Of a stretch of DNA of 64,000 nt, positions 61,366-64,000 are shown in pieces. Where the stretch lies: the NCBI RefSeq assembly GCF_963921235.1, contig NC_086101.1:9674001-9738000 (forward strand), given 5' to 3'. The position numbers and the translations under genes were made by a program. The first letter of the stretch is position 1; every line of letters starts with the position of its first letter. This DNA is from Mobula hypostoma. Lineage: Eukaryota. The notes beneath the pieces were generated by a model that did no database searches, was not told the DNA's origin, and was given only the letters and a program-made list of their open reading frames with translations.

Positions 61366-63715
61366 TAGTCACTCAGCCCACGCCAACCAGCCTGCTGATG
61401 TTGCCTTTCAAGGGGTAGGGTAATGATTACCCATAATGAACACCCACTGCAGAATCAGTTTGCCCATGCAATGTGGAAGGAGACTATTTGGTCCATTGAG
61501 TCGATGCTGGGTCACTGGGCAATCCTCACTAATTTTCCCTGCGACCTATTCGCGTCAATTTCTCCCAGGGCCAAGTAATGTCATGGAGAGACACCACACG
61601 GAAACAGGCCCTTCAGCCCACCTACTCTGTGCTAACCTATCAACCCTCTGTTCACACTAATCCCATTTTATTCCCCACCATTTCCGTCACCTCTCCCCCA
61701 GATACTGCCCCTCACCTGCAGACCGCAGGCAATTAATTTACCAGCCCAACGTGGTCGCAGGCATTACGTGCCAACAGAGCTCTCTACCTGCTGCCTCACC
61801 ATGCCGCTGAGTCATGCTTCAGCCTTTAAATCTTCAAGGGCAAAGTAAGAAATTGGAGGAATGAAAAAAAATGAATTGAAGTTTTATTGTTTCCTTTAGA
61901 TCTATTTAGAGAAAAATGGTGCTTTAACATGACACATATCTGTGTCACACTTATCTGGAACGCTCTTTTTTGCAAGTTGCAATTTCCTCTGCACCTTATC
62001 TTTAGCACTTCATTTGGCACATTACATATTCAATTCCATTCTGCTCTACTCTTGGTGGTTAACCTGCAGAATTCATGACCTGAGTGAAAGACAGCGTCAG
62101 CAAAATTCTGCACCAAGTTTCCTGACATTGAAAAGAGATGTATCTGTTGGAGAAATATTTGGTTGCAAGCTAATTCAAGATGTGAGGTAGCACTTGGTAC
62201 GGTGCCGCCTTGTCAGATTTGAGCTTGATATCCAATTTTGTCTTTATTCTTATTTAGAGATACATTGTGAAATTGGCCCTCCTGTTCCAATGAGCCGCAC
62301 CTACCTTCTAAACCTGAGCCTAATTACAGGACAATTTACAGTGTCCAGTTAACCTACTAACCAGTAGGAGGAAACATGAGAATGCAAAGGAAACCCCGTG
62401 CTCATGGGAAGCAGATACAGAGGATGTTGGAATTAAACGCCGCACTCAATGCATTGAGCTGTAATAGTGTCACACTAACTGCTACGCTACTGTGGCATTC
62501 CTTTCTGAAATCAAAAATATGCTCTTTTGCACATTGGATGCATGTCCGTCTCTGATTGCATATAGTTTTTCATGAATTCTATTGTATTTCTTTACTTTCC
62601 TGTAATTGTAGGCAAGAAAATGAATCTTGAGGTAGAGCACGCTGACACATTCAAAGTTGTCATTCTTCCACACTCAAGTGAGGAGGGCGTGGAACAAAAT
62701 GATTGTAACTCCAGATCTGAAGCAGCATAAAAATCACCATAAATCTAAATATAAATTCAATCCTATATCACACAACTGTGGCTGTGCATAGATGAGTTTA
62801 TCTTACATAGACTGATTGTACAAAGTGACACTAGGTACAGGAGTATCTGTACATGACTCTGGCAGGAAATGGTAATGTGGCTGATGGTGATACAGTGGCA
62901 CTGGGGTCTGGTGGGGTGGTTAATGGGTGGAGGTGTTGATCAGCCTGATGGCTTAGGGGAGTAACTTGTTTTTGAGTTTGGTGGTCCTGGCGTGGATGCT
63001 GCAAAGCTTCCTCCCTGATGAGAGTGGGGCATACAGTCCATAAGCAGGGTGAGTGGAATTACTGGCCTTTCTCCTGGCACCTTACTGTATACGTATATGT
63101 CCTTGATGTATATACATATGTACTTTGGTAATAAATTTGCTTTGACTTTGATATGAGATTATTTGAAATCTCAGGTCGAGAACTGGGTTTCTTGAGTTTT
63201 TAAGTTATCTCACTGAGAAAGATAAACTTCATCTAGGACTTCCCAGTGCAGAGGAGTTTCCCCAAGACGGGGTCGCCTCAAAACAGAAAAAAGAGCAGGG
63301 GAAATCTAAAAGGATGTTTCCAGAACTCGGGGAACTGGGTTACACAGGGAGGTTGAGCAGGTGGGGACATGTCTTTGAAATATAGGAGATTGAGGGCTAA
63401 ACTTACAGATGAGCTATTTTCCCCAGGATTGGAGAATCAAGAACTTGCTTCCTACTTTTGGGAAGGGAAAACTTGAACACAGAATATGGAATTAATGGTA
63501 GGGCTTTAAAGTGTAGAGAAACAAAGCGATCTTGGGGTCCACAGCCATCGATCCCTCAAAGTTACCGTGCGAGTTGATAAGGTGGCCCGAAATCCACATT
63601 TATTATTGATGTATTTATCATATCCAACCTTGAGATTCATTTTCTTTCAGGCTCTTTCAAAAACAAAGAATCATAGAAGAATTTACTGAAACACACACAA
63701 ACACGTTGGCAAGGT

Positions 63716-63980
63716 GCTGTAGGGGTTAGCACAATGCTTTATAGTACAGGAAATCCAGGTTCAATTCCTGCCGCTGTCTGTAAGGAGTTTTTATGTTCTC
63801 CCTGTGACCGCATGGTTTTCTCCGGGTGCTCTGGTTTCCTCCCACAGTCCAAAGATACACCGGTTGGTAGGTTAATTGGTCATTGTAGATTGTTCTGTGG
63901 TTTAGGCTAGGCAGGGGATTGCTGGGCCACATGTTTCAAAGGGCCAGAAAGGCATAATCTGTGCTGTATCTGAATAAAAT
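63716..63980 (+). mobile_element. V-SINE/HE1-like SINE
   Basis: B box GGTTCAATTCC; ggtttcctcccacagtccaaaga central domain; CR1-like 3' tail. Confidence 0.7.
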
Positions 63981-64000
63981 AAACATAAAGACTGCCACAT

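Noticed and set aside
61400..63700. Possible exons of a third gene
   Set aside because: No coherent ORF or exon chain found; small exons cannot be excluded without RNA data

Overview
Repeat-dense vertebrate DNA, most likely from a cartilaginous fish and probably a ray. That assignment is inferred from the repeat landscape (CR1 LINEs with (TTTCTATG)n tails, HE1/V-SINE-like and Penelope-derived repeats), not from a search. The only host genes I can support are two paralogous 4-exon TNF-superfamily ligand genes, both TNF-alpha-like type II membrane proteins, arranged tail-to-tail. Gene A (+) is join(9994..10167,10331..10382,11041..11106,12250..12665), 235 aa. Gene B (-) is complement(join(33708..34120,34448..34513,35012..35063,35185..35358)), 234 aa. 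Their introns show no obvious similarity, but they share small non-coding blocks: a C/EBP-ATF-type promoter element, a UAU-triloop hairpin resembling a Roquin/Regnase-1 CDE, an identical 21-nt hairpin with a GUUUUA hexaloop resembling a Roquin ADE, and AU-rich elements. Most of the remainder is nested CR1, Rex1, L2, SINE, Tc1, hAT and Penelope-type debris. Notable items in it are a MER2/Tigger-like MITE that closely resembles the mammalian element and a minimal hammerhead ribozyme motif in intron 2 of gene A. Repeat boundaries are approximate; exon boundaries were checked by hand for GT-AG sites and reading frame.
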